From assembly GCF_021246445.1 (NCBI RefSeq), contig NZ_JAJQXW010000001.1, positions 62,001-126,000 on the forward strand: a stretch of 64,000 bases of DNA, in the 5' to 3' direction. Under the pieces are notes generated by a model. The model was not told the origin of the DNA. It did not search any database and saw nothing but the letters and a program-made list of their open reading frames with translations. The stretch's first letter is position 1; each line of letters starts with the position of its first letter. The position numbers were made by a program, and so were the translations under genes. This document shows positions 17,815 through 27,848 of the stretch, one piece after another. Source of the stretch: Rhabdothermincola salaria (GTDB lineage Bacteria > Actinomycetota > Acidimicrobiia > Acidimicrobiales > Acidimicrobilacustridaceae).

Positions 17815-19620
17815 GTGGCTGACTACCGACCTCCGCTCCGCGACATCCGCTTCGTGCTCGACCACCTCACCGACGTGGCGGCGCTGTGCGAGCTCCCGGC
17901 GTTCGCCCACCTGGCGCCCGACGTCATCGACGGGGTCATCGAGGAGAACGCCCGCTTCACCGCCGAGCTCATCGCGCCTCTCAACCGGTCCGGCGACGTC
18001 GAGACCAGCCGGCACGACCCGTCCGGCAACACCGTCACGACCCCCGAGGGGTTCGTCGACGCCTACCACCAGTACGTGGCGGCCGGTTGGGGCGGCGTCC
18101 CGTTCCCCGAGCCCTACGGCGGCGGTGGGTTCCCGTGGCTCATCGGCATCGTGCTCCAGGAGTTCATCTCCTCCGCCAACATGGCCTTCTCCATGGCCCC
18201 GCTGCTCACCCAGGGCGCCATCGACCTGCTCATGAACCACGGCAGCGAGGAGCAGAAGGAGACCTTCCTCACCAAGATGGTCACCGGCGAGTGGACGGGG
18301 ACCATGAACCTCACCGAGCCCCAGGCCGGCTCGGACGTGGGGGCGGTGCGCACCAAGGCGGTCCCGGCCGACGACGGCACGTGGCGCATCACCGGCACCA
18401 AGATCTACATCTCCTTCGGTGAGCACGACATGGCCGACAACATCGTCCACCTGGTGCTGGCCCGCACGCCCGACGCCCCTCCGGGCACCAAGGGCATCTC
18501 GTGCTTCATCGTGCCCAAGTTCCTGGTGAACGACGACGGTTCGCTGGGGGAGCGCAACGACGTCACCTGCGTGTCCATCGAGCACAAGATGGGCATCAAG
18601 GCCAGCCCGACCTGCGTCATGAGCTACGGCGAGGGCGACGGCGCCGTGGGCTACCTCATCGGTGAAGAGAACCAGGGCATGCGCTACATGTTCACGATGA
18701 TGAACAACGCCCGCCTCTCGGTCGGCCTCGAGGGCCTCTCGCTGGCCGAGCGGGCCTACCAGGACGCCCTGCAGTACGCCCAGGAGCGTCGCCAGGGCCG
18801 TGCCCCGGGCGCCCCGGCGGGCGAGACCTCCCTCATCGTCGAGCTCCCGGACGTGCGCCGGATGCTGCTCACCATGAAGGCCCTCGTCGATGCCATGCGG
18901 GCGATCATCTACACCAACGCCCAGGCCATCGACCTGGCCGAGCACCACACCGATGCCGACGTGCGCCAGCGCTACGGCGAGCTGGTCGAGCTGCTCATCC
19001 CCGTCTCCAAGGGCTTCGGCACCGACATGGGCATCGAGGTCACCTCGTTGGCCATCCAGGTGTACGGCGGCATGGGCTACATCGAGGAGTCCGGGGTGCC
19101 CCAGCACTTCCGCGACGCTCGCATCACGTCCATCTACGAGGGCACCAACGGGATCCAGGCCATGGACCTGGTGGGGCGCAAGCTGCCGATGCGCGGCGGT
19201 GGGGTGATGGCCGACTTCCTGGCCGACGTCGACGCGCTGGATGCGCGTCTGGCCGAGGCCGGCGACGAGCTGGCCCCGGTGCGCACGCAGCTGGCGGCGG
19301 CCCGGGCCACGGTCGGCGACACGGTGGCCTGGCTCATGGAGCACGGTCTGGCCGACGTCCGCGACGCGCTGGCCGGGGCCACGCCGTTCCTGCGCATGTT
19401 CGGCCTGCTGGTCGGCGGCCGCTACCTGGCGGAGGCCGCGCTGTCGGCCCGGGCCGCGCTCGACGCCGGTGGCGGCGACGAGGAGCACCTGCAGGCCCGG
19501 ATCACCATCGCTCGCTTCTACGCCGAGAACCTCCTCCCGGGGGTCCAGGGGCTGGCCCCGGCCGTCACCGCCGGTCACGCCGACCTCTACGCCGTGGGCC
19601 CCGACGCCCTCGCCGGCTGA
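17815..19620 (+). CDS. acyl-CoA dehydrogenase (~600 aa, FadE5/DmdC-like)
   Basis: GTMNLTEPQAGSD, GTKIYISFGEHD, EHKMGIKASPT, IYEGTNGIQA. Confidence 0.93.
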   Translation: MADYRPPLRDIRFVLDHLTDVAALCELPAFAHLAPDVIDGVIEENARFTAELIAPLNRSGDVETSRHDPSGNTVTTPEGFVDAYHQYVAAGWGGVPFPEPYGGGGFPWLIGIVLQEFISSANMAFSMAPLLTQGAIDLLMNHGSEEQKETFLTKMVTGEWTGTMNLTEPQAGSDVGAVRTKAVPADDGTWRITGTKIYISFGEHDMADNIVHLVLARTPDAPPGTKGISCFIVPKFLVNDDGSLGERNDVTCVSIEHKMGIKASPTCVMSYGEGDGAVGYLIGEENQGMRYMFTMMNNARLSVGLEGLSLAERAYQDALQYAQERRQGRAPGAPAGETSLIVELPDVRRMLLTMKALVDAMRAIIYTNAQAIDLAEHHTDADVRQRYGELVELLIPVSKGFGTDMGIEVTSLAIQVYGGMGYIEESGVPQHFRDARITSIYEGTNGIQAMDLVGRKLPMRGGGVMADFLADVDALDARLAEAGDELAPVRTQLAAARATVGDTVAWLMEHGLADVRDALAGATPFLRMFGLLVGGRYLAEAALSARAALDAGGGDEEHLQARITIARFYAENLLPGVQGLAPAVTAGHADLYAVGPDALAG

Positions 19621-19630
19621 GTCGCCGTCG

Positions 19631-20641
19631 ATGAGCACCGTCGCAGCCCTCTCCGTCACGGCCGACCTCTCGGCGCTGGCCTCCATCCCCAGCCCGAGCA
19701 GCGGCCGCCTCGGTCCGCTCAACATGTACGGCCTCATGATCGCCCTCGGCGTGCTGGCCGCCATCGAGCTCGCCCGTGTCCGCTGGCGCGACCGGGGCGG
19801 CAACCCCGACGACATCTACGCCATCGCCCTGTGGGCGGTGCCGGCAGGCCTGATCGGCGCCCGGCTCTACCACCTGGCCACCGACTGGCGCAGCTACGAG
19901 GGGCGCTGGGGCGACGCCATCAAGATCTGGGAGGGCGGCCTGGGCATCCCCGGGGGCATCGCCGCCGGGGTGGGCGTCGGGGTGTGGATCGCGTACCGGC
20001 GGGGCATGCGCCTGCCGGTCGGGCTCGACGCCGTGGCCCCGGCCCTCCCGCTGGCCCAGGCCATCGGTCGCCTCGGCAACTACTGGAACCAGGAGCTCTT
20101 CGGTCGGCCCACCGACCTGCCCTGGGGCCTCGAGATCGACGGTGGCAACCGTCCACTCGACTACGCCGAGTTCCAGACGTTCCACCCCACCTTCCTGTAC
20201 GAGCTGCTGTGGAACCTGGCCCTGGTCGGGGTGTTGATCGCCGTCGACCGCCGCAAGGTCCTGCGCCCCGGCCAGCTGTTCCCGCTCTACATCGGGGGCT
20301 ACTTCCTCGGTCGGCTCTGGGTCGAGGCCCTGCGCATCGACGATGCCAGCATCATCCTGGGCCTGCGGGTGAACATCTGGATGTCGATCATCGGCATCGC
20401 CGGCGCCGCCATCGTGTTCGTGGTGCGAGGGGTGCGGCGTCGCCCCGACGACAGCGACGAGCCCTACCGCGACGGACACCGGTGGGAACCGGCGGCCGTG
20501 ACCGACGGAGGCACGGCGTCGGCCGACGGGCCCACCGAGCCGGCTGGTGGCGCGAGCGACGGCCGGCACGGGTCCGGGCCCGGGGTGAGCGCCGAGTCGG
20601 AGGTCAGCTCCGAGACAGGGGAGGACCGTCCACCGGGGTGA
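19631..20641 (+). CDS. lgt: prolipoprotein diacylglyceryl transferase
   Basis: IGARLYH, WEGGLGIPGG, AQAIGRLGNYWNQELFG, FHPTFLYE. Confidence 0.95.
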   Translation: MSTVAALSVTADLSALASIPSPSSGRLGPLNMYGLMIALGVLAAIELARVRWRDRGGNPDDIYAIALWAVPAGLIGARLYHLATDWRSYEGRWGDAIKIWEGGLGIPGGIAAGVGVGVWIAYRRGMRLPVGLDAVAPALPLAQAIGRLGNYWNQELFGRPTDLPWGLEIDGGNRPLDYAEFQTFHPTFLYELLWNLALVGVLIAVDRRKVLRPGQLFPLYIGGYFLGRLWVEALRIDDASIILGLRVNIWMSIIGIAGAAIVFVVRGVRRRPDDSDEPYRDGHRWEPAAVTDGGTASADGPTEPAGGASDGRHGSGPGVSAESEVSSETGEDRPPG

Positions 20642-21638
20642 AGTCCCAGGGCAGCTCGGGGTCGAGGCCGCCGGCCAGGCGGTCGAGGTGGCCGATGCCG
20701 CGCAGGGTGCGGTCGAGGCGGTTCACGGGGTGATGCGGGGAGAGCTGGTCGGCCGGGCCCGGTGGGGGGAAGGCCAGCAGCTCTCGTACGTCGTAGGCGA
20801 TGCAGTAGAGCCGCACCCGGTCGAGCTGGTGGGGGTGCTCGAAGAGGGCGGGATAGTCCTCGCACAGCCAGTAGGGCACGAGGGCGTAGTCGCGGGCCAG
20901 GGTGTCGTCCTCGTAGTCGGGTGCCACGTGCAGGTAGGGGTACGCGCAGAAGCGCAGCAGCACGTCGAGGTCGAGGTCGCACGGTCCGCCTCGGGCCCAC
21001 TCGAAGTCGAGCAGGGCGGTGATGGCCCGCCCGTCCCACAGCACGTTCTCGAAGGTGAGGTCGCCATGGACCAGCCGGGAGGTGTCGAACGGCTCGAGCA
21101 CCGGCGAGGTGGTGCGCACGAACCGCGACGCGTGCTCGGCGAGGAGCGGGTCGACGAACGGCATGGTGGCGACCAGGTCGATGGCACGGGCCAGCGGCTC
21201 GACCACGGCGAACTCGCGCTCGGCCAACAGCTGGGGGGCGGCGTCGATGAAGGGGAGGTCGGGCGGGCGCCGGACCTGGTGGAGCTGGCGGAGGATCTGG
21301 GCCAGCTGGCGCACGGCACTGCGCCGCTCGCCGTTGGACATCGAGGGCCAGCACCGGGCGAGGACCTCGCCGGGCTGGCGGCGCATGACCAGCCAGTCGG
21401 CGCCCAACGTGCCGCCGTAGGCGACGATCTCGGGATAGCCGATCGCAGGGGGGAGGAGGGGCCCCAGGTAGGCCTCGCGTCGGAGGCGTTGGTTGGGGCG
21501 CCGGTTCACCCGGATCACGTGCTCGGGTGCCAGCCACACCTCGTTGGTGACGCTGGAGGCCCGGGTGAGGGGCATCGTGTAGTCGAGCCCCGCCTCGGTG
21601 AGGGCTCGGCGGGCGCGAGCCTCGGCGAAGTCGCTCAC
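20604..21638 (-). CDS. APH/choline-kinase-like phosphotransferase
   Basis: HGDLTFENVL and LLDFE motifs; start uncertain. Confidence 0.85.
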   Translation of the reverse strand: MSDFAEARARRALTEAGLDYTMPLTRASSVTNEVWLAPEHVIRVNRRPNQRLRREAYLGPLLPPAIGYPEIVAYGGTLGADWLVMRRQPGEVLARCWPSMSNGERRSAVRQLAQILRQLHQVRRPPDLPFIDAAPQLLAEREFAVVEPLARAIDLVATMPFVDPLLAEHASRFVRTTSPVLEPFDTSRLVHGDLTFENVLWDGRAITALLDFEWARGGPCDLDLDVLLRFCAYPYLHVAPDYEDDTLARDYALVPYWLCEDYPALFEHPHQLDRVRLYCIAYDVRELLAFPPPGPADQLSPHHPVNRLDRTLRGIGHLDRLAGGLDPELPWDFTPVDGPPLSRS

Positions 21639-21856
21639 CGCGTTCTCGCGGCTGAAAGAACGCGATGGGGTGCTGGTCGTCGTCGTGATCTGCGCTGCAT
21701 CGACCTGCGCCCCGATCGTCTCGACCGTCGTTTCCGTGCGTCGTCGTCCGCCCACTGTCTACCTCCGCCGGGCCCGTGGGCATACGGCGGCCACCCTCGA
21801 CGTTGACGTCGAGGGTCGGCACCGCGCCGACGCGCGTTCTTCCAGGAGGCTCCACC

Positions 21857-22345
21857 GTGTCGCTCTACGACCACGCCGTCAACAACCTCGACGGGTCCAC
21901 CGCCGACCTCCACGACCTCGAGGGCAAGGCGGTCCTGATCGTCAACGTGGCCTCCAAGTGCGGGCTGACGCCCCAGTACGAGGGCCTCGAGCGGCTCCAG
22001 CAGCGCTACGGCGACCGCGGCTTCACCGTGCTGGGCGTGCCCTGCAACCAGTTCATGGGCCAGGAGCCGGGCAGCGCCGAGGAGATCCAGACGTTCTGCT
22101 CGACCACCTACGGCGTCTCGTTCCCGTTGACCGAGAAGGTCGAGGTGAACGGCGAAGGCCGCCATCCGCTCTACGAGGACCTCACCTCGGTGCCCGACGC
22201 CGCCGGCGAGGCGGGCGACATCCAGTGGAACTTCGAGAAGTTCCTGGTCGCGCCCGGTGGCGTCGTGGTCACCCGGTTCCGGCCCACCGTCGAGCCCGAG
22301 GCCGAGGAGGTGGTGGCCGCCATCGAGGCCTCCCTCCCGGCCTGA
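21857..22345 (+). CDS. glutathione peroxidase family protein (Cys type)
   Basis: NVASKCGLTPQY, PCNQFMGQEP, WNFEKFLV; RBS AGGAGG. Confidence 0.95.
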   Translation: MSLYDHAVNNLDGSTADLHDLEGKAVLIVNVASKCGLTPQYEGLERLQQRYGDRGFTVLGVPCNQFMGQEPGSAEEIQTFCSTTYGVSFPLTEKVEVNGEGRHPLYEDLTSVPDAAGEAGDIQWNFEKFLVAPGGVVVTRFRPTVEPEAEEVVAAIEASLPA

Positions 22346-22501
22346 TCGGCCCACCGGCCGGCCTCAGCCGGTACCCTGGAAGCTGACACAGGGCTGCCGC
22401 TCGGCTGCCCAGCGGCGCCGGAGGGCGTCGCTCCCCTCGTGCCGGCCCCACCGACGGTGGCGATCGTCGGCACCACGAACCGCTGAGGCCTGCCGACCAC
22501 C

Positions 22502-23671
22502 ATGACTTCCTTCGCCGATCTGGGCGTCTCGCCCGACTTCGTCGCCGCGCTCGCGGCCAAGGGCATCGACGCCCCGTTCCCCATCCAAGAGCTCACCATC
22601 CCCGACGCCCTCGCCGGCCGCGACGTGTGCGGCAAGGCCAAGACCGGGTCGGGCAAGACGCTCGCCTTCGGCCTTCCCGTCCTCGAGCGGGTCAAGTCGG
22701 CCGAGCCGCGCCGCCCCCGCGCCATCATCTTGGTGCCGACCCGTGAGCTGGCCGTGCAGGTCCGCGACGAGCTGGTCGCCCTGGGATCCACCCGCGACGT
22801 CACCGTCGGCGCCGTCTACGGCGGGGCCAGCATGGACACGCAGGTGAAGCAGCTGGTCAAGGGCGTCGAGCTGGTGGTGGCCACACCGGGGCGCATGATC
22901 GACCTGATCGAGCGCAAGGAGATCTTCCTCGACGACATCACCCAGGTGGTGCTCGACGAAGCCGACCGCATGGCCGACATGGGGTTCCTGCCCCAGGTCG
23001 AGTGGATCCTGCGCCACATCCCCGGCAGCCACCAGACGCTGCTGTTCTCGGCCACCCTCGACGGTGTGGTCGACACGCTCATCAAGCGGTACCAGACCGA
23101 CCCGGCCATGCACGAGGTCGAGTCCACCACCGTCACGGTGGAGGAGATGCACCACCGGTTCCTCCACGTCCACGACATGGACAAGGTCAAGGTGGCGGCC
23201 GCCATCGCCCGCTCGTCGAACCGGGCCATCGTGTTCGTGCGCACCAAGCGCGCCGCCGACCGGGTGGCCTCCGACCTGCGGCGCGAGGACGTCGAGGCCG
23301 CCTCGATCCACGGCGACCTGCGTCAGAGCCACCGCGAGAAGGCCCTCGCCGACTTCGGGGCCGGCAAGCTCAGGGTGCTGGTGGCGACCGATGTCGCCGC
23401 TCGCGGCATCCACGTCGACGACGTCGACGTGGTCATCCACTACGACCCGCCCGAGGACGCCAAGGCCTATCTGCACCGTTCGGGCCGCACCGCCCGGGCC
23501 GGTGAGTCCGGCGTGGTGGTGACCCTCGCCCTCTGGAACGAGGAGCTCGAGATCAAGCGGATGCAGAAGCGCCTGAAGATCGATCAGCCCATCGTCGAGG
23601 TCTTCTCCAACGATCCCCGCCTCACCGACCTGGTGGCGTGGAACCCCGCGGACGACGCCGCCGCCGGCTGA
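22502..23671 (+). CDS. DEAD-box RNA helicase
   Basis: AKTGSGKT, PTRELA, TPGR, DEAD, SAT, ARGI, HRSGRTAR. Confidence 0.95.
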   Translation: MTSFADLGVSPDFVAALAAKGIDAPFPIQELTIPDALAGRDVCGKAKTGSGKTLAFGLPVLERVKSAEPRRPRAIILVPTRELAVQVRDELVALGSTRDVTVGAVYGGASMDTQVKQLVKGVELVVATPGRMIDLIERKEIFLDDITQVVLDEADRMADMGFLPQVEWILRHIPGSHQTLLFSATLDGVVDTLIKRYQTDPAMHEVESTTVTVEEMHHRFLHVHDMDKVKVAAAIARSSNRAIVFVRTKRAADRVASDLRREDVEAASIHGDLRQSHREKALADFGAGKLRVLVATDVAARGIHVDDVDVVIHYDPPEDAKAYLHRSGRTARAGESGVVVTLALWNEELEIKRMQKRLKIDQPIVEVFSNDPRLTDLVAWNPADDAAAG

Positions 23672-25593
23672 ACACCCCGTCCGCCGCCGCGGACCTGGCC
23701 GCCTTCGCCGATCGTGAGGGCCTGAGCCCGGGCGCGGTCATGGCCGCGGTGGTGGCCGAGGCCGCCTCCCGCCACGGCGTCGACCGCAGCCGGCTGGGCC
23801 CGCTCGGACGGGTCCCGGTGCCGGACGAGGCCGGGCGGGTGGTCGCCCACCTTGCCGTGTTCGATCCGCCGGGCGGCGACGACGGCCCGGAGCGCGACGC
23901 CGACCGGCTCGGATCGCTGCACCAGGTGCTGGTCGCCGCCGACGAACGCCGTCGGCGAGGTGTGCACTACACGCCTCGCGTCGCCGCCGAGACCCTGGTG
24001 TCGCTGGCGTGGGCGGAGTGGGAGTCGGGGGCACCCGATCGAGGTCGGCCGGCGATGGTCCTCGATCCAGCCTGCGGTGGCGGCGCCTTCTTGTTGGCGG
24101 CCGCCCGCACCATGCACGCGCAGGGAGTCGGCGCCGCCGAGGTGTTGGCGTCGCTGCGGGGCATCGACGTCGACCCGCTCGCAGTGGAGGTCACCATCGC
24201 CGCCCTGGCGCTGTGGGGATGGGCCGCCGGGATCGCCGACCCGCCCCTCGACGAGGGGGTCGTCCACCGGGCCGACGCCCTCGACCCGACGACCGCATGG
24301 TGGTCCTCGCCGGGTCGGGCGCCGGACCTGATCGTCGGCAACCCGCCGTTCGGGGGTCAGCTCCGGCGCCTCACGGCCCGGGCCCTCCCGGCCGCGGAAC
24401 CGGGCGGTCGCCGCCACGGGTACGCCGACACCGCCGCGCTGTTCCTCCGGCGAGGGGTCGACGAGGTGGCCGCCGGCGGGGTGGTCGCCCTGGTGCAGCC
24501 GCTCTCGGTGCTGGCCACCCGCGACGCCGCCCCGGTGCGCGAGGCGGTGGGCGACGACCTGGTGGCGCTCTGGGTGCCGGACGGTCGGCTCTTCGACGCC
24601 TCCGTCCACGTCTGCGCGCCGGTGCTGCGGCGAGGGTCGGGGGACCGTCGGTCCCGCGGCACGGTGGTGGTGCGATCCGGGGCGTCGGCCGACCCGCTCG
24701 GTGAGGTGCCGCGGGAACGCCTCTCGCGTCACCGCAGCTGGGGCCCCCTGTGGGCGGAGGCCTCCGGGGTGCCGCCGGTGGAGCTGGGCCCGCAGGTGCT
24801 CGGCGACCGGTGCCGGTCCGGGGCCGGCTTCCGCGACGAGTTCTACGCGGTGGCCGACCTCGTCGTCGACGGGCTCCCGGCCGCGGAGGGGGCGGTGGCC
24901 GGTCGGCCGCCAACGGTGTCCCGAGTGGTGACGACCGGTCTGCTCGAGTGGGCGACGACGGGGTGGGGGCGTCGGTCGGCGGTGCTGGGCGGGGCCCGCT
25001 ACGCGGCTCCGATGCTCGACCTCGGGGTCGTGCGGGCCTCGTCGGAACCCCGGCTCGACCGCGTGGTCGACGCCCGGACCGCCCCCAAGGTGCTGGTGGC
25101 CACCCAGACGCGGGTGGTGGAGGCCGTGGTCGATCCCGACGGCAGCCTCTGGCCCTCGGTGCCGGTGGTGTCGGTGCGGCTCGACGACCAGGCGGGCCCC
25201 GAAGGTGTCGGCGACGACGAGGCAGAGCTCGATGACGACGAGGTGGCGACCCGGCTGTGGCTGGTCGCGGCTGCGCTCATGGCCCCGCCCGTGACGGCCT
25301 GGGCGGTGCTCGAGACGGGCGGCACGGCCCGTTCGGCAGGCGCGCTCAAGCTGAGCGCTCGGCAGGTGCTGCGGGCCCCGTTGCCGGTCGATGTCGACGC
25401 GTGGGCGGAAGGGGCTGCGCTGCTGCGCTCGGCCTCGCAGGAGGGCAGCGTGGCCCCCGGACCCGAGGCGGTGGCGGCGTTCGGGCGGGTGCTCATCGCC
25501 GCCCACGGCCTCGAGAAGGCCCTGGCGGAAGAGGTCGAGCGGTGGTGGTGGGACCGCCACCCGCGGGGAGGAAGTCCACGGAATTATCGCTAA
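23638..25593 (+). CDS. N6-adenine DNA methyltransferase (gamma class, Eco57I/TaqI-like)
   Basis: GVHYTP, VLDPACGGGAFL, GIDVDPLAV, IVGNPPF; true start uncertain (possibly 23740). Confidence 0.82.
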   Translation: MEPRGRRRRRLNTPSAAADLAAFADREGLSPGAVMAAVVAEAASRHGVDRSRLGPLGRVPVPDEAGRVVAHLAVFDPPGGDDGPERDADRLGSLHQVLVAADERRRRGVHYTPRVAAETLVSLAWAEWESGAPDRGRPAMVLDPACGGGAFLLAAARTMHAQGVGAAEVLASLRGIDVDPLAVEVTIAALALWGWAAGIADPPLDEGVVHRADALDPTTAWWSSPGRAPDLIVGNPPFGGQLRRLTARALPAAEPGGRRHGYADTAALFLRRGVDEVAAGGVVALVQPLSVLATRDAAPVREAVGDDLVALWVPDGRLFDASVHVCAPVLRRGSGDRRSRGTVVVRSGASADPLGEVPRERLSRHRSWGPLWAEASGVPPVELGPQVLGDRCRSGAGFRDEFYAVADLVVDGLPAAEGAVAGRPPTVSRVVTTGLLEWATTGWGRRSAVLGGARYAAPMLDLGVVRASSEPRLDRVVDARTAPKVLVATQTRVVEAVVDPDGSLWPSVPVVSVRLDDQAGPEGVGDDEAELDDDEVATRLWLVAAALMAPPVTAWAVLETGGTARSAGALKLSARQVLRAPLPVDVDAWAEGAALLRSASQEGSVAPGPEAVAAFGRVLIAAHGLEKALAEEVERWWWDRHPRGGSPRNYR

Positions 25594-25603
25594 CGTCTCC
25601 GGC

Positions 25604-26728
25604 GTGCTGGCGGGACGCGAGATCAGACGGGCCAAGGTCCGTTTCGGCCTGTTGGCGGGCGCCGTCGGGTTGCTGGTCTTCCTGATCATGTTCCAGCAGG
25701 CGTTGCTGGGGTCGTTGTTGAAGAGCTTCACCGGGGCCATCGAGAACCAGTCCGCCCAGGTGCTCGTCTACAGCGCCGAGGCCCGCAAGAACGTCGCCGG
25801 CAGCGTCATCCCGCCGCCCACCCAGGACGCCGTCGAGGCCGTCGACGGCGTCGGGTCCAGTGCCCCGCTGGGGGAGGCCACCCTCACGGTGGCCGCCGGT
25901 GGGGAGCAGGTCGACGCCTCCGTCTTCGGGTTCGAGCTCGGTGGTCCCGGCGAGCCCACCCGTCTGACCGACGGACGGCTGCCGACGGGGCCCACCGAGG
26001 TGGTGGCCAGCGGCGAGGATGCCGACGACGGGTTCGCGCTGGGCGACGAGGTCACCAGCGTCAGCGGCGACGTCGTGCTCACCGTGGTCGGGCTCACCGA
26101 GGAGAGCCGCTTCTCGGTGGCACCGACCCTGTGGGTGACCTTCGACGGCTACGAAGCCCTCCGGCGCGCCGCCAACCCGGACGCCCAGGGCGTGCTGCCC
26201 TCCCTCGTCGCCCTGATCCCCGCCGACGGGGTCTCACCCTCGGAGCTGGCGGGCCGGATCAACGCCCAGGTGCCCGACGTCGAGGCTCTCACCCGGGCCG
26301 AGGCGGTCTCCGAGGCGCCCGGGGTGTCCGCCGTCAACACCTCGTTCCAGCTGATCCTCGGGCTGGCCTTCGTGGTCGTCGCGCTCGTCATCGGCTTCTT
26401 CTTCTTGATCCTCACCGTGCAGAAGCTCGACTCGCTCACCTTGTTGCGGGCGGTGGGGGCGCCCACCGGCTACCTGGTGCGGGCCCTCCTGACCCAGATC
26501 GCCTTCGTCGTCGGTGGCGGGCTCGTGGTCGGGGTGGCCCTCACCGTGCTCGCGGTGCGGGGAGCGTCCGCCGGCCTGCCCATCTCCCTCGACCCGGTCA
26601 CCCTCGGGCTGCTCGCCGTCGGCGTGCTGGTGCTGGCCGCCCTCGGCTCCGTCGTCACCCTGGTGCGGGTGGCCCGCATCGATCCGGCGGGTGTCGTGAG
26701 CCGACAGAACCTCGGTGGGCTGTCGTGA
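25604..26728 (+). CDS. ABC transporter permease (FtsX/MacB-like)
   Basis: N-terminal TM, extracellular domain, three C-terminal TMs, LRAVGA motif. Confidence 0.88.
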   Translation: MLAGREIRRAKVRFGLLAGAVGLLVFLIMFQQALLGSLLKSFTGAIENQSAQVLVYSAEARKNVAGSVIPPPTQDAVEAVDGVGSSAPLGEATLTVAAGGEQVDASVFGFELGGPGEPTRLTDGRLPTGPTEVVASGEDADDGFALGDEVTSVSGDVVLTVVGLTEESRFSVAPTLWVTFDGYEALRRAANPDAQGVLPSLVALIPADGVSPSELAGRINAQVPDVEALTRAEAVSEAPGVSAVNTSFQLILGLAFVVVALVIGFFFLILTVQKLDSLTLLRAVGAPTGYLVRALLTQIAFVVGGGLVVGVALTVLAVRGASAGLPISLDPVTLGLLAVGVLVLAALGSVVTLVRVARIDPAGVVSRQNLGGLS

Positions 26729-27828
26729 AGCTCGGTCTCGTCGAGCTCCTGCGGCGGCCGCTGCGCTTCGGCGTGGCGGGCTCGGCCCTGGTGCTGCTGG
26801 CCGTGCTGCTGTTGTTCCTCGGGGGGCTGCTCGACGGTCTGTACCTCGGGTCCACCGGTGCCCTGCGCGCCCAGGAGGCCCCCCTGATCACCTTCTCCTC
26901 CGATGCCCGCGAGTCGCTGATCCGCTCCCGTGTCTCGCCCGAGGTGCGATCCGAGGTGGAGGCGGTGCCGGGCGTGGCGTCCACGGCCGGCCTCGGGATC
27001 GCCCTCGTGGGCGGCCGGGTCCCGGACGAGGACGAGCTGGCCAACCTCGCCGTCGCCGGCTTCGAGCAGCCCGTGCGCTCCATGCCCGACGACGTGGACC
27101 TCGCCCCCGACGAAGCCCTGGCCGACCGCAGCCTCGAAGCCGCCGGCGTGGCACTGGGCGACACGGTGGCGGTGGGTAGCGGGGAGACGCCGGTCGAGGT
27201 CGTGGGGTGGGTGGAGGACACCGACTACCTCCAGCAGAGCGGCTTCTGGGTCCGCCCCGAGACCTGGCGCGGCATCCTCGCCGAGTCCCGGCCCGACGCC
27301 GTGCTCCCCGACGGCACCTTCCAGGTGCTGACCGTGACCCTCGAGTCGGGAGCCGACGTCGACGAGGTGGCCGCCGCCATCGATGCCGCCACCGATGGAG
27401 CCACCAGCACCCTGACCCGGGAGGCCGCCGTGCTGGCGCTTCCCGGCATCCAGGAGCAGAACTCCACCTTCGGCGCCATCATCTACGTCACCTTGTTCGT
27501 GGCCGGGCTGGTGATCGCCCTCTTCTTCGCCCTGCTCACCCTCGAACGCACCGGCCTCTACGGCGTGCTCAAGGCGATCGGAGCCTCGACCCGGCAGATC
27601 TTCGCCGGGGTGGTGGCCCAGTCCGTCGCCGTCGCCGTCGTGTCCTTCGCCATCGGCCTGGCCGTCATGCTGGGTCTGGCCCAGCTGCTCCCGGCCGAGG
27701 TGCCGGTCGCCATCGAGACCTCCCGTGTCGTGCAGATCGGCGTGGGTCTCGTCGTCATGTCCGCTCTCGGTGCGGCGGTCTCGCTGCGCCGCGTCGTCCG
27801 GGTCGACCCTGCGTCGGCCATCGGCTGA
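26725..27828 (+). CDS. ABC transporter permease (FtsX/MacB-like)
   Basis: Same topology; LKAIGAS and VDPASAIG; GTGA overlap with the previous gene. Confidence 0.88.
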   Translation: MKLGLVELLRRPLRFGVAGSALVLLAVLLLFLGGLLDGLYLGSTGALRAQEAPLITFSSDARESLIRSRVSPEVRSEVEAVPGVASTAGLGIALVGGRVPDEDELANLAVAGFEQPVRSMPDDVDLAPDEALADRSLEAAGVALGDTVAVGSGETPVEVVGWVEDTDYLQQSGFWVRPETWRGILAESRPDAVLPDGTFQVLTVTLESGADVDEVAAAIDAATDGATSTLTREAAVLALPGIQEQNSTFGAIIYVTLFVAGLVIALFFALLTLERTGLYGVLKAIGASTRQIFAGVVAQSVAVAVVSFAIGLAVMLGLAQLLPAEVPVAIETSRVVQIGVGLVVMSALGAAVSLRRVVRVDPASAIG

Positions 27829-27848
27829 CCCCGTCCCAGGAGCCGATC

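Noticed and set aside
20604..21638. Aminoglycoside resistance gene
   Set aside because: Only generic APH/kinase motifs, in a chromosomal housekeeping context
21857..22345. Selenocysteine glutathione peroxidase
   Set aside because: The active-site codon is TGC (Cys) and there is no in-frame TGA
23638..25593. Complete restriction-modification or BREX/DISARM defence system with the adjacent helicase
   Set aside because: The neighbour is a classical DEAD-box RNA helicase and no other defence genes are present
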